A stretch of 26,234 bases of DNA, from positions 1-26,234 of IMG/VR virus record IMGVR_UViG_3300031707_003683. One strand, 5' to 3'. Numbering within the stretch: position 1 is the stretch's first letter; each line of letters begins with the position of its first letter. The stretch is from a virus. Lineage: Duplodnaviria > Caudoviricetes. The notes under the pieces are model-generated. The model was not told the DNA's origin and ran no database searches. It saw nothing but the letters and a program-made list of their open reading frames with translations. Positions 1-8,796 of this stretch are shown in pieces. The translations under genes were made by a program, and so were the position numbers.

Positions 1-69
1 AAACAGAGCTTAAATAATACAAAAGACGGCAATATTGGCAGCCCGATGTTTAAGCGCTCTGATGACTAA
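1..69 (+). CDS. 3' end of an upstream gene (partial), hypothetical protein
   Basis: Frame 1 is open from base 1 (KQSLNNTKDGNIGSPMFKRSDD) to TAA at 67-69, in the same orientation as all other genes. Confidence 0.4.
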   Translation, partial: KQSLNNTKDGNIGSPMFKRSDD

Positions 70-91
70 CCAATATTTTTGTATTTGAATA

Positions 92-292
92 ATGCCCGAA
101 GCTGCTAATCAACAACAAAAAAAGCACCGCTTACAGCTATTAGAGTTGTTAAACAAAATAGAAAGTGGTGAGTATGAAGATTCTGTATTAAGTGAGTTGT
201 TTAGTAACTATTTAGGAGCAAGAAAAGAGTATATTAGTCCAAAAGATCGAAGTTCATATAATTACGGATATATGACAACTACAGAGATGTAA
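92..292 (+). CDS. hypothetical protein (66 aa)
   Basis: ORF fits the co-directional gene packing; no recognisable motif. Confidence 0.6.
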   Translation: MPEAANQQQKKHRLQLLELLNKIESGEYEDSVLSELFSNYLGARKEYISPKDRSSYNYGYMTTTEM

Positions 293-300
293 AGGTACCA

Positions 301-693
301 ATGAGAACAATTACTGATACAATGCTAGAACGCCTGAAGATGCAGACAAAAGAAGCTAAGGTTTTAGGCCTTGTAAAAACAGCTTCTAATTTGGAGCATG
401 AAGTTAATGCTTATGAAAAAAATACTCGCGCCGATGATAGTTTTTATTCATATGCAAGCAAAGATGTAGAATCAGATGTTCAAAAACATTTATGGGACGC
501 TATAGTTCGTGTTGCTGATTTTTATGGTGCTAATTTTGATGCCGATGTTATTCAAAGCACTGTAGAAAAAATGTCAGAATCTTTAATTGAAGAGTTTAAA
601 AAAGATGCCGGGGTTAGTCATGGTGTAGGGGCTTATGAATCTACTGTTCCAGGTGAGGTCAGAGAACATATCGCGATTGAAATAAAGGAATAA
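301..693 (+). CDS. hypothetical protein (130 aa)
   Basis: AAGG upstream of ATG; tight packing; helical acidic composition. Confidence 0.75.
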   Translation: MRTITDTMLERLKMQTKEAKVLGLVKTASNLEHEVNAYEKNTRADDSFYSYASKDVESDVQKHLWDAIVRVADFYGANFDADVIQSTVEKMSESLIEEFKKDAGVSHGVGAYESTVPGEVREHIAIEIKE

Positions 694-695
694 TT

Positions 696-1136
696 ATGGC
701 CGGAGAAAGACAAGCTTTTGATGAGCAAAAAGAAGTTACAAATACCAAGGGCTTAAAAATATCTAATAACAATTCAAAGTATACAAAAATAGCAGAAGAC
801 AAAGCCTCTTTTAATGAGCGCGCAGATGATTTGATGACTGATAAAAAAATCAGAAATAAAAGAGCTGCCGAATTAGTTTCGCAATTTATTAGTATTGTTA
901 AAGATAAAACAATCACTGATAATAAAACTGTTATTGCCAAAGATGTAGAAAGAGAGATATGTTCTAAATTAATTAATCTTTGTTTAGAGATTAATATGGA
1001 TGAGTCTGAATTAGATGGCATGGGTAATACGGCGCTAATTAACTTGCTGCTAAAAACAACTCTTCTACAAAGAGATATTATTAATGATTTAGATTATAAA
1101 GTATTTAAATTAGAAAAGCAGTTTAAGGAAAAATGA
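696..1136 (+). CDS. hypothetical helical/coiled-coil protein (146 aa)
   Basis: AAGGA SD upstream; ATGA overlap with the next gene. Confidence 0.75.
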   Translation: MAGERQAFDEQKEVTNTKGLKISNNNSKYTKIAEDKASFNERADDLMTDKKIRNKRAAELVSQFISIVKDKTITDNKTVIAKDVEREICSKLINLCLEINMDESELDGMGNTALINLLLKTTLLQRDIINDLDYKVFKLEKQFKEK

Positions 1137-1402
1137 TATACAAAAGAATTGTTGTTATAGCTCTTTGTTTGATAGGCTGTGCTAGCGAGAGTGATGTTGC
1201 ATTTCCTTCTTCTGATGAAGGCGGTATTTCTGTTTCTACCGGAGGCGCAAGCGCAACGCCAGCCGCCACTACTGGAAGCTGTAACCCCGTTTATTGCCCT
1301 TCTAGCGGGGTAGGGAAGGGCTGTTGCATTACGGCTAATGGTCCGTGCGGAGTAGATCTTGGAATGGGCTGTATGTCATCTGCGCATGACAGCGGTAAAT
1401 AG
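1133..1402 (+). CDS. small predicted lipoprotein with Cys-rich C-terminal domain
   Basis: MIYKR, then a hydrophobic stretch and lipobox LIG-C16; Ser/Thr/Gly/Ala linker; six Cys in a C-C-CC-C-C pattern. Confidence 0.7.
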   Translation: MIYKRIVVIALCLIGCASESDVAFPSSDEGGISVSTGGASATPAATTGSCNPVYCPSSGVGKGCCITANGPCGVDLGMGCMSSAHDSGK

Positions 1403-1408
1403 AATGAT

Positions 1409-1417
1409 GTCGAGCTT
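1409..1417 (+). promoter_or_regulatory. intergenic motif GTCGAGCTT, copy 1 (candidate phage promoter -35 or operator)
   Basis: Identical 9-mer also at 8763-8771 and 17692-17700, all in intergenic gaps 27-35 nt upstream of a start codon. Confidence 0.6.
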
Positions 1418-1435
1418 TTGAAAGGAATTGAATAA

Positions 1436-1612
1436 GTGTCTCAGGGCTTTAAAGAGTACATTCTTAATCTAATTTCAGATGAGATAGAGGCTTTTTCTGC
1501 TTATGAAAGATTATGCGGCAGATATCAAATTACACCCAACCCAATAGTAAAGATAGTATCTGCGAACAAGATAAGTTTGCTGAAGGACTTGATAGCGCAC
1601 ATGAACGATTAG
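1436..1612 (+). CDS. small hypothetical protein (58 aa, GTG start), absent from the ORF track
   Basis: AAAGGA SD at 1421-1426, GTG at 1436, TAG at 1610-1612; MSQGFKEYILNLISDEIEAFSAYERLCGRYQITPNPIVKIVSANKISLLKDLIAHMND; fills an otherwise empty gap. Confidence 0.55.
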   Translation: MSQGFKEYILNLISDEIEAFSAYERLCGRYQITPNPIVKIVSANKISLLKDLIAHMND

Positions 1613-2142
1613 TTATTCAGCAAGCTAATAAGCATGTAAAACTAATCGATACTCTTAGAGAATATAGTATTATTGTCGAGAAGGAACATCAGTTTACCGA
1701 GTGGTGTTCCGGTATAGTTTGCCCCTTTCCTTTTCATAAAGCAGGAAAGGAACGAACTGGCAGCTTTGGGTACAATTTTAACACAGATAGATTTCATTGT
1801 TTTGGCTGTGGTAAATCCGGCCAAACAGTTGAATTTATTTCATTTAAAGAGGGAATTCCGCGTTTAATTATTGCTGAGCGGCTTGTTAGAGAAAGAATTG
1901 GCTATCTTCCAAATAATGTTGTGGTGGAAGAAGATATAGATCCGCAAATAGATCGGTTATTATTTGATTTTTCAAAATACATAAATGCAAAATTGTTAAG
2001 CGATCCATTATCGGTTGAGGATATAGACAAGGTGACATGGTGGATAGATGATTACATTATCTCTGTAGTGCCCCAAAGAAAGGTTGTTGTCGAGGAGCTA
2101 AGTGCGCGTCTCTCAAAAGCTAAAGAGGTACTAGGTGAGTAA
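1513..2142 (+). CDS. stand-alone CHC2 zinc-finger protein (DnaG primase zinc-binding domain-like)
   Basis: CPFPFH...ERTGSF...FHCFGCGKSG..VEFI matches the DnaG N-terminal CHC2 domain; no TOPRIM domain follows. Confidence 0.85.
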   Translation: MRQISNYTQPNSKDSICEQDKFAEGLDSAHERLVIQQANKHVKLIDTLREYSIIVEKEHQFTEWCSGIVCPFPFHKAGKERTGSFGYNFNTDRFHCFGCGKSGQTVEFISFKEGIPRLIIAERLVRERIGYLPNNVVVEEDIDPQIDRLLFDFSKYINAKLLSDPLSVEDIDKVTWWIDDYIISVVPQRKVVVEELSARLSKAKEVLGE

Positions 2143-3346
2143 ACATATTATTTTAGGTGATGTTCATTTAGGCAAATCTCAAAACATAGGCAAGCCTGGT
2201 TCTGCTGCTAATTTAAATAGTAGAATCCAAGACCAGCAGAATTTACTTAATTGGACGCTGGAGCAGGCTATTAATCAGAAAGCGGCAAGTATAATAATTA
2301 CCGGAGATGTGTTTGAAGATTCTCGGCCGCACCCGATGTTAATTCATATTTTTATATCTTGGCTAAAACAATGTGAAAAGTCTGGTATTAATGTTCATGT
2401 GATATTTGGAAACCATGATATCATCCGTACCGGCAGTGTTATTACTAGCGCTCTAAATCTTGTTAACGCCGTAGAGTTTCCAGGGACTATTGCTTACAAA
2501 GACGTCGCAACTGTTAATTATCCTGGCCTAGCTTTTGTTTTTGTTCCCTTTCGAGATAGAAGGATGTATGACGCTGACTCTCCGGAAAAGGCTCTAGCAT
2601 TACTTCAATCAGAAATTGACGCCCAAGTTGCCAAAATACCTAAAACACACACAAAAGTTTTAGTTGGACATTTATCTCATGCCGGCTCAATTTATGTAGG
2701 CGACGAAATTGATGAAATGCTTAATGAATTATTCTGTCCGCCAGAGATGTTTAATGACTTTGATTATGTGTGGATGGGTCACATTCATAAGCCACAAGTT
2801 TTAAATCAATCTAAGCCTTTTTTGGCCCATATTGGAAGCATGGATCGCTCTGACTTTTCAAAATCAGAGTTAGATCACGATAAAATAATTGTTGTGCTAG
2901 ATACTGATGATCCTAATTTTTATAAAGAAATTATTATCCCAACAAGACCGTTACGGAAAATAGAGATATCAGTAACCTCAGACAAAGACACAACTGATTT
3001 TGTTATAAACTATTTGCACGATTATAATAACGAAAACAGTTTGAAGGATGCAGTTGTTAGGCTCGAAATTGAGTTGGACGGGCAAGAAACTCCAAATGTA
3101 GATCGGGACAAGGTATTAAAATTTATTTATTCGCAATTAAAAGCTCATTATGTTTGTAACTTTTCTGAGTCTAGAACTATTTCTGTTGTGGGAATTAGCT
3201 CTCAGACTATATTTGATAATAATATGTCTATACCAAGTGCAATAGACAGTTTCGTCAGTTCTATTATAACAGAGCCTGATGAAGACAAGGCTGAAATAAA
3301 AAAATTAGCAAATGAGTGCTATGAAGACCTTAAGGCTAAAAAATGA
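2135..3346 (+). CDS. sbcD: SbcD/Mre11-family metallophosphoesterase nuclease (gp47-like)
   Basis: Motifs GDVHLG, GDVFE, GNHD, GH, GHIH; GTG start; adjacent to SbcC. Confidence 0.92.
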   Translation: MSKHIILGDVHLGKSQNIGKPGSAANLNSRIQDQQNLLNWTLEQAINQKAASIIITGDVFEDSRPHPMLIHIFISWLKQCEKSGINVHVIFGNHDIIRTGSVITSALNLVNAVEFPGTIAYKDVATVNYPGLAFVFVPFRDRRMYDADSPEKALALLQSEIDAQVAKIPKTHTKVLVGHLSHAGSIYVGDEIDEMLNELFCPPEMFNDFDYVWMGHIHKPQVLNQSKPFLAHIGSMDRSDFSKSELDHDKIIVVLDTDDPNFYKEIIIPTRPLRKIEISVTSDKDTTDFVINYLHDYNNENSLKDAVVRLEIELDGQETPNVDRDKVLKFIYSQLKAHYVCNFSESRTISVVGISSQTIFDNNMSIPSAIDSFVSSIITEPDEDKAEIKKLANECYEDLKAKK

Positions 3347-5487
3347 TTCCAGTTAGGATTTATTTAGAAAACTTTATGAATCACCGCTTGAGTGATATTG
3401 ATTGTAGTACATTCAATAGTGCGTTAATTGTAGCAAAAAACAAAGATAACGAGCGCCAATCAAACGGAATAGGAAAAACCACAATATTTAGTGCTATTGA
3501 ATACGCTTTGTTTGGAGAGGTGCCTACTAGCACTCTAGACAAAGTAATTAGAGATGGTTGTGATAAGTGCATTGTTATGTTTGATTTTAAAACAAACGAT
3601 GGAACATTTAGGATTTTAAGAGGCAGATCATCTAAAGGCAGGTCAGAATTAAAATTATACGAATTAATTGGTGATAAGTGGGAAGCTATTACTCAACGCG
3701 GAATGCCTGAAACTGAAAAGAAAATAGCGGAATTAATTAAACTAAGCCATAAAGCATTTTCTCATTCTATTAAATTTGCACAATCAGATTTAGCTGGGCT
3801 GTCTTCTGCTGCCGATCCAGAAAAACGCAAAGCAATTCTAAAAGAGCCTCTTCAGCTTAGTGAATACACAAAACTTGAACGAATAGCTACGGAAAAAGCA
3901 AAGCCGGTTCGCAAAGAAATTGAGAAAACGGAAACGTCTATTCAAATGCTAGGAGATCCTGATTCTGATATTAAGGCCGCCGAATCAGAACTGCAAGTGT
4001 GTGAATCTGAAATACAGTCGAAAAATGGTCATATAGACAGGTTAGTTACGTCAGCGGCAGAGAAACATAAAGAAGTAGACGATATAAAAAAGACATTAAA
4101 TTCTACAGACTCTGAAGTTCACGAAAAGATAGCGCAACTAAACAAGAGATCTAAAGATTTAAAAACAATAATAACAAAAGCAAATGAAAGAGTTCAGGAT
4201 AGCGATAAATCAATTAATGATGACAAGTTAAAAATTGTTGAAATAAGAAATTTACTCACGGAAATAGCTTCTAAGGAACAAGAGTGCGAAGACAAGAAGC
4301 TGAGAAGTGGCACTCTTGTGATCTCTGAAATAGAAAAAGTTAGCGCTGATGAGCTTTATGAAAATAAATTATTAGCTAAATTAGAAGTCGAATATGATCA
4401 GGCAAATAAAAACGTGCCAAACGGAAATATATGCCCCCATTGTTTTCAGCCTATTACTGCTGAGCATAGGAAACGATGTCAAGAAGAAATGTCAAAGGTT
4501 TTAGCGGAAAAAGCAGAGCAAATAAAAACAACCAGCGCAAATCTGATAAAATGCAGCAATAAAAAGAAAAGGCTTCAATCTGAGCACCAAGAGATAAACG
4601 AACGTGATAGGCTTGTAATTTCTTTATCTCAGCGCAAAGAAAAGGCACAAGCTGAAATAGATATTAGGACTAAACATAACAAAGAGGCCGAAATACGTCT
4701 ATCAGAAGCAGTAAACGAAATGCAAACGGCTCAATCTGAATATGATGAGCTGTTTAATCGCCTAGAGGGATTGAAGGAAAGTGCTAAAAATTCCTCTGTT
4801 GCAGATGTAAATAATAAAATTTTCGCGCTCGATAATGATATAAAAGTATTTGAGCGCTCTTTAAAAAATGTAAGAGCAGAATTATCTAATATGCAAAACC
4901 GTAAAGGTGCTGCGCAAGAAAAACTAAAAAAAGCAAATGAAAACTCTGTTAAAATATCTGACTTAAAAAAAGAACTTGTAGTGCTAAAAAACAAATTAAA
5001 AATACATCAGTTAGTTATAAATACATTTTCTCCAGACGGAATTCCAACATTTATTATTCATACCATATTAGACGAGCTACAATTAGAATCAAATGCTTGG
5101 CTACTTAAACTTAGGCCGGAATTAAGAGTTGAGTTTAATAAAGATGTAGATATGTTTTTCTTTGTAGACAATATGCCGAGGGATTATGATCAGCTATCTA
5201 TTGGTCAGCATGTATATTTAGCTTTGGCCATGAAACTATCTCTTTCTCGTATTATTCAAAAGAAATTAGGAATAGATGTTAAATTTCTACTTTTAGATGA
5301 AGTGGATTCGGCCCTTGATTTAGAGGGTGTTGATGTTTATTCGTCTGTAATTCATAAACTTGAGTCTGAATTTAAAGTATTTGTAATTACTCATAATAAA
5401 GATCTTAGAGAGAAGTTTTCTAATGTTATATTAGTTGAGGGTGGTAACGATGGTGCCACAGCAAGAGTTGTTAATAATTGGCAATAA
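3343..5487 (+). CDS. sbcC: SbcC/Rad50 SMC-like ATPase (gp46-like)
   Basis: Walker A SNGIGKT, Q-loop, long coiled coil with zinc hook CPHC, signature LSIGQ, Walker B LLLDE, H-loop ITH. Confidence 0.93.
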   Translation: MIPVRIYLENFMNHRLSDIDCSTFNSALIVAKNKDNERQSNGIGKTTIFSAIEYALFGEVPTSTLDKVIRDGCDKCIVMFDFKTNDGTFRILRGRSSKGRSELKLYELIGDKWEAITQRGMPETEKKIAELIKLSHKAFSHSIKFAQSDLAGLSSAADPEKRKAILKEPLQLSEYTKLERIATEKAKPVRKEIEKTETSIQMLGDPDSDIKAAESELQVCESEIQSKNGHIDRLVTSAAEKHKEVDDIKKTLNSTDSEVHEKIAQLNKRSKDLKTIITKANERVQDSDKSINDDKLKIVEIRNLLTEIASKEQECEDKKLRSGTLVISEIEKVSADELYENKLLAKLEVEYDQANKNVPNGNICPHCFQPITAEHRKRCQEEMSKVLAEKAEQIKTTSANLIKCSNKKKRLQSEHQEINERDRLVISLSQRKEKAQAEIDIRTKHNKEAEIRLSEAVNEMQTAQSEYDELFNRLEGLKESAKNSSVADVNNKIFALDNDIKVFERSLKNVRAELSNMQNRKGAAQEKLKKANENSVKISDLKKELVVLKNKLKIHQLVINTFSPDGIPTFIIHTILDELQLESNAWLLKLRPELRVEFNKDVDMFFFVDNMPRDYDQLSIGQHVYLALAMKLSLSRIIQKKLGIDVKFLLLDEVDSALDLEGVDVYSSVIHKLESEFKVFVITHNKDLREKFSNVILVEGGNDGATARVVNNWQ

Positions 5488-5498
5488 AAGGATAAATT

Positions 5499-5693
5499 AT
5501 GGGAGCTTATGGTAATAAATCTTGTTCGAATTGTGGCAGCTGTAGAGTTTTAACTAACGATCCAGAAATATGCTATCATTGTGGAGCAAAGCATAACTCT
5601 GTAAAAGAAGTGTTATTGGCCATTGTTTTCTTATGTATACTTGCGGCAGTGGCTATATTTATGTCTGGAGTAATCAATGTTATTAGCCATTAG
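5499..5693 (+). CDS. small zinc-ribbon protein with C-terminal transmembrane helix
   Basis: CSNC and CYHC followed by hydrophobic VLLAIVFLCILAAVAIFM; AAGGA SD. Confidence 0.6.
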   Translation: MGAYGNKSCSNCGSCRVLTNDPEICYHCGAKHNSVKEVLLAIVFLCILAAVAIFMSGVINVISH

Positions 5694-6309
5694 CGGCCAA
5701 AAAGGAAGTGGTAAAGATACCGCATCAGATATGTTTGTAGATAAATCTTGGCCAAATCCTAATTGTGATAACGTTATTGTTAAAATTGCGTTTGCGGATA
5801 TTATAAAAAGACAAGCGCAAGAAGTGTTTGGATTTACATTTGATCAATTATGGGGGCCTAGTGAACTAAGAAGTATTCCAGATAAAAAGACGGGCATTAT
5901 TCCTAGAGACGTATTAAAAGAATTTGGTGATGCTGGAAGAAAAATTTATTTAGATGTTTGGGCTAATTATACTTTGGACGTAGCTAAAAAGATTATAAAA
6001 GGTTATGAGTACCGCCCAGATCAGGGTTGTTTTTTGAATGATTATGATACCGTTTCTGGTTCATGCAAAATTATAGTTATTATCAGCGATCTAAGAATGA
6101 AAAATGAACTTAATGCTGTCAAAAAAGCAGGCGGCAAAACTATTAGAATCAAACGCGGCAAAATAAATAAGACTGACCAACATATTAGCGAAAGTGAACA
6201 ATTAGAGATCCCTGATTCTGATTTTGATTATATAATTTGTAACGATGGCACCCTAGAAGATTTAGAAATAGCTGTTAATAATTGCTACAAAACACTGTGC
6301 ATTAGTTGA
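5677..6309 (+). CDS. phage deoxynucleoside monophosphate kinase
   Basis: P-loop GQKGSGKDT, AFAD, PR..L..FG, ISDLR..NE and HISE motifs typical of phage dNMP kinases. Confidence 0.88.
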   Translation: MLLAISGQKGSGKDTASDMFVDKSWPNPNCDNVIVKIAFADIIKRQAQEVFGFTFDQLWGPSELRSIPDKKTGIIPRDVLKEFGDAGRKIYLDVWANYTLDVAKKIIKGYEYRPDQGCFLNDYDTVSGSCKIIVIISDLRMKNELNAVKKAGGKTIRIKRGKINKTDQHISESEQLEIPDSDFDYIICNDGTLEDLEIAVNNCYKTLCIS

Positions 6310-6342
6310 TATATAGTAAAGGAGATTTAAATAGGATTACAA

Positions 6343-6654
6343 ATGCCTTCGCTTAGATTAGAAAAAAAAGACAAGGACAAATTTGAAAGTTTATTGAAAG
6401 TTGGCGGGCCAGATGCACTTTTTAGTTATGTTGTCGGCCAATCTATTACTAATAGGCCTAAAGATGTTCATCCGGAAGTAATTATTCTGGATAAATCAGA
6501 GGCATTTTTCTCTTTATATAGAAAAGACGGCGGGGTAGTTTATTTTACTATTGCAAAAGTTTTAAGACGCGCCGCTCATAAATTATATAGGCAGTTGCAA
6601 AAAATTAATAAGAATTATCCGAAAAATGGAAGATTTTTAAATATTGTGAAGTAA
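6343..6654 (+). CDS. hypothetical basic protein (103 aa)
   Basis: AGGA SD upstream; fits packing. Confidence 0.7.
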   Translation: MPSLRLEKKDKDKFESLLKVGGPDALFSYVVGQSITNRPKDVHPEVIILDKSEAFFSLYRKDGGVVYFTIAKVLRRAAHKLYRQLQKINKNYPKNGRFLNIVK

Positions 6655-6656
6655 TT

Positions 6657-7775
6657 ATGAAATTGCTTACTACGGAAACATTTATTGCTAAAGCTGTGCT
6701 GATTCACGGTAACATTTATGAATATGACTTAATTAATTATAAAACAAACAATAAAAAAGTTATAATCAAATGTAGTTTGCATGGCTATTTTGAACAACTG
6801 CCAAGAAATCATTTAGGTGGCCGTGGGTGTCATGTTTGCGCCCAATTAGAAAGAATAAAATCATTATCTTCAAACGCAGAAGAATTTATTAAAAAAGCAA
6901 AGGCTATTCATACAGATGAGTATATTTATGATTCAGTTGACTATAAAAATAATAAAACAGACGTAATTATTATTTGTAAAAAACATGGTGAGTTTAAGCA
7001 GACACCAAACAACCACACAAATTATGAACAGGGATGCCCCTCTTGTTATGGCGGTAAGCAAATAGATACTGCTGAGTTCATAAAAAGAGCAATAAAAAAA
7101 CACGGTAAATTATATGCATATTTTTCAACAAATTATAAAAATATGCATGATGATGTAGAAATAGTTTGCTCCGTACACGGTTCATTTTGGCAATCACCAG
7201 ATAGTCATTTGCGAGGATTTGGGTGTCGTAGATGCAGTAGAGTTTATTGTTTGGAAGATTTTGTAAAAAAAGCAAACGAAATACATAAATTTAAATATAA
7301 TTATTCTAAAACAAACTATAAAGAATCAAATTCTAAAGTAGAAATAATTTGCGTTGAACATGGATCTTTTTGGCAAACTCCAAACAATCATTTAGGCGGA
7401 CATGGCTGCTCAATGTGTTTAAACAAAAACGAGCAATTAGTATCAGAAGTATTAGCGGATCTTAAAATACACTATTTACGTTGTAAAGATAATAAGCTAA
7501 TTATAAATGGCAAAAAATTCTACCCAGACTTCTTTATACCTCTATTTAATTTGATAATTGAATATAATGGGGCTCAGCATTATGAACCAATTTGTTTTAA
7601 TAATATTTCTAAAGAAAAGGCGAATAAAAAATTTTTAAACCAATTAATAAGAGATGATTTGTTAAGGGGTTATTGTAAAGAAAATAATATAAATTTATTA
7701 GAAATTGATGGCAGATTATATCGTGGAGAAATGCTAAAGGAGTTTTTACAAAATTACTTTAGGGCGGCGGCGTAA
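6657..7775 (+). CDS. putative free-standing homing endonuclease: 4 zinc-binding repeats (DUF723-like) plus C-terminal Vsr/PD-(D/E)XK-like nuclease
   Basis: Four ~65-aa repeats F(I/V)xKAxxxH..Y.Y....Y......V.I.CxxHG.F.Q.P..H....GCxxC; C-terminal YPDF...IIEYNGAQHY. Confidence 0.8.
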   Translation: MKLLTTETFIAKAVLIHGNIYEYDLINYKTNNKKVIIKCSLHGYFEQLPRNHLGGRGCHVCAQLERIKSLSSNAEEFIKKAKAIHTDEYIYDSVDYKNNKTDVIIICKKHGEFKQTPNNHTNYEQGCPSCYGGKQIDTAEFIKRAIKKHGKLYAYFSTNYKNMHDDVEIVCSVHGSFWQSPDSHLRGFGCRRCSRVYCLEDFVKKANEIHKFKYNYSKTNYKESNSKVEIICVEHGSFWQTPNNHLGGHGCSMCLNKNEQLVSEVLADLKIHYLRCKDNKLIINGKKFYPDFFIPLFNLIIEYNGAQHYEPICFNNISKEKANKKFLNQLIRDDLLRGYCKENNINLLEIDGRLYRGEMLKEFLQNYFRAAA

Positions 7776-8758
7776 TGTCGGTAATCAGCATTACAATATC
7801 AGAGTCTGTATTACAAAAGGTTGCGGGAATACCTAATTCTATTAATGTTACTACAAATATTCCATCTACTGTGTTTTATACTTTGGACGGAACAACTCCA
7901 ACCACCGCAAATTCTATTATTACTGGCCAATTATTTCTTCCTTCAGATATTGGTTCATTTGTTTTAAGTTTATTTGCTACTGATGGTATCAATAACTCGG
8001 CAATTATTACAAAGCAATACGGAAGTACCACCGTTGGTAATAGGATGCCGCGCGATACCATCTCTAATTTGAATCAAAATGTTATTGGTCCGACTTATCC
8101 TTTTGGAAGTCAAGATCCAGGAATGGACCCAAGGTATGGTAATATAGGCGGAACTACTGTTGATAATCCCGAGTTAACCCAAATTCCAGACGGATATGAC
8201 GGTTCAGGTGGTATTTCTAATTATACTAATCTCCCACTAAATGAATATTCTTTTGTATTTTCTGAAACTAATAGCATTGGGGAGGCCGGCAAAGGTATTG
8301 GTACGTTACCGGCTCAAGTTACAGTTATAGTGCCTCAGCCAAATACCCCGGGCTCAGTTCCAAAGGGCTCTAATAATACTAATTCTCCTTTTTTCAACCC
8401 TAAAGCGCTTGTTATATTTGATGACTCTACGCAGCCTCCTTACGACCCAACAATACCAAGAACTAATAGGTCTTCCTTTAGTTTAGAAGATCCTACTAGG
8501 GCTAGATATGGTGCTCTATTATTCACTAGCGCTTTAGATGGTCCTGGCCCTAGAGGAACCGCATTAAAGAGCCAGTATAATCCTCGTGATAATACAATGA
8601 ATTATTATTACTTTGATTCAGATACTAACCGCTGGATAATATCAAAAGTGCCGTTCCAAGCAAACTCAGCAGATATTGGAAATTATGGGAAGATTGTATT
8701 TGGAAGAACGCCCGGTGTGTTCAAATGGCTGCCAGGAAGATACCGTACACTAATATAA
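7775..8758 (+). CDS. beta-rich protein with N-terminal Fn3-associated/chitobiase-C-like motif; possibly virion-associated
   Basis: VFYTLDGTTPT motif; Gly/Pro/Thr/Asn-rich; TAATG overlap with the upstream gene. Confidence 0.6.
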   Translation: MSVISITISESVLQKVAGIPNSINVTTNIPSTVFYTLDGTTPTTANSIITGQLFLPSDIGSFVLSLFATDGINNSAIITKQYGSTTVGNRMPRDTISNLNQNVIGPTYPFGSQDPGMDPRYGNIGGTTVDNPELTQIPDGYDGSGGISNYTNLPLNEYSFVFSETNSIGEAGKGIGTLPAQVTVIVPQPNTPGSVPKGSNNTNSPFFNPKALVIFDDSTQPPYDPTIPRTNRSSFSLEDPTRARYGALLFTSALDGPGPRGTALKSQYNPRDNTMNYYYFDSDTNRWIISKVPFQANSADIGNYGKIVFGRTPGVFKWLPGRYRTLI

Positions 8759-8762
8759 GAAC

Positions 8763-8771
8763 GTCGAGCTT
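8763..8771 (+). promoter_or_regulatory. intergenic motif GTCGAGCTT, copy 2, with TATAAT at 8789-8794
   Basis: Exact repeat of 1409-1417 and 17692-17700. Confidence 0.6.
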
Positions 8772-8796
8772 GCTAAAATTGCTTTCTTTATAATTT

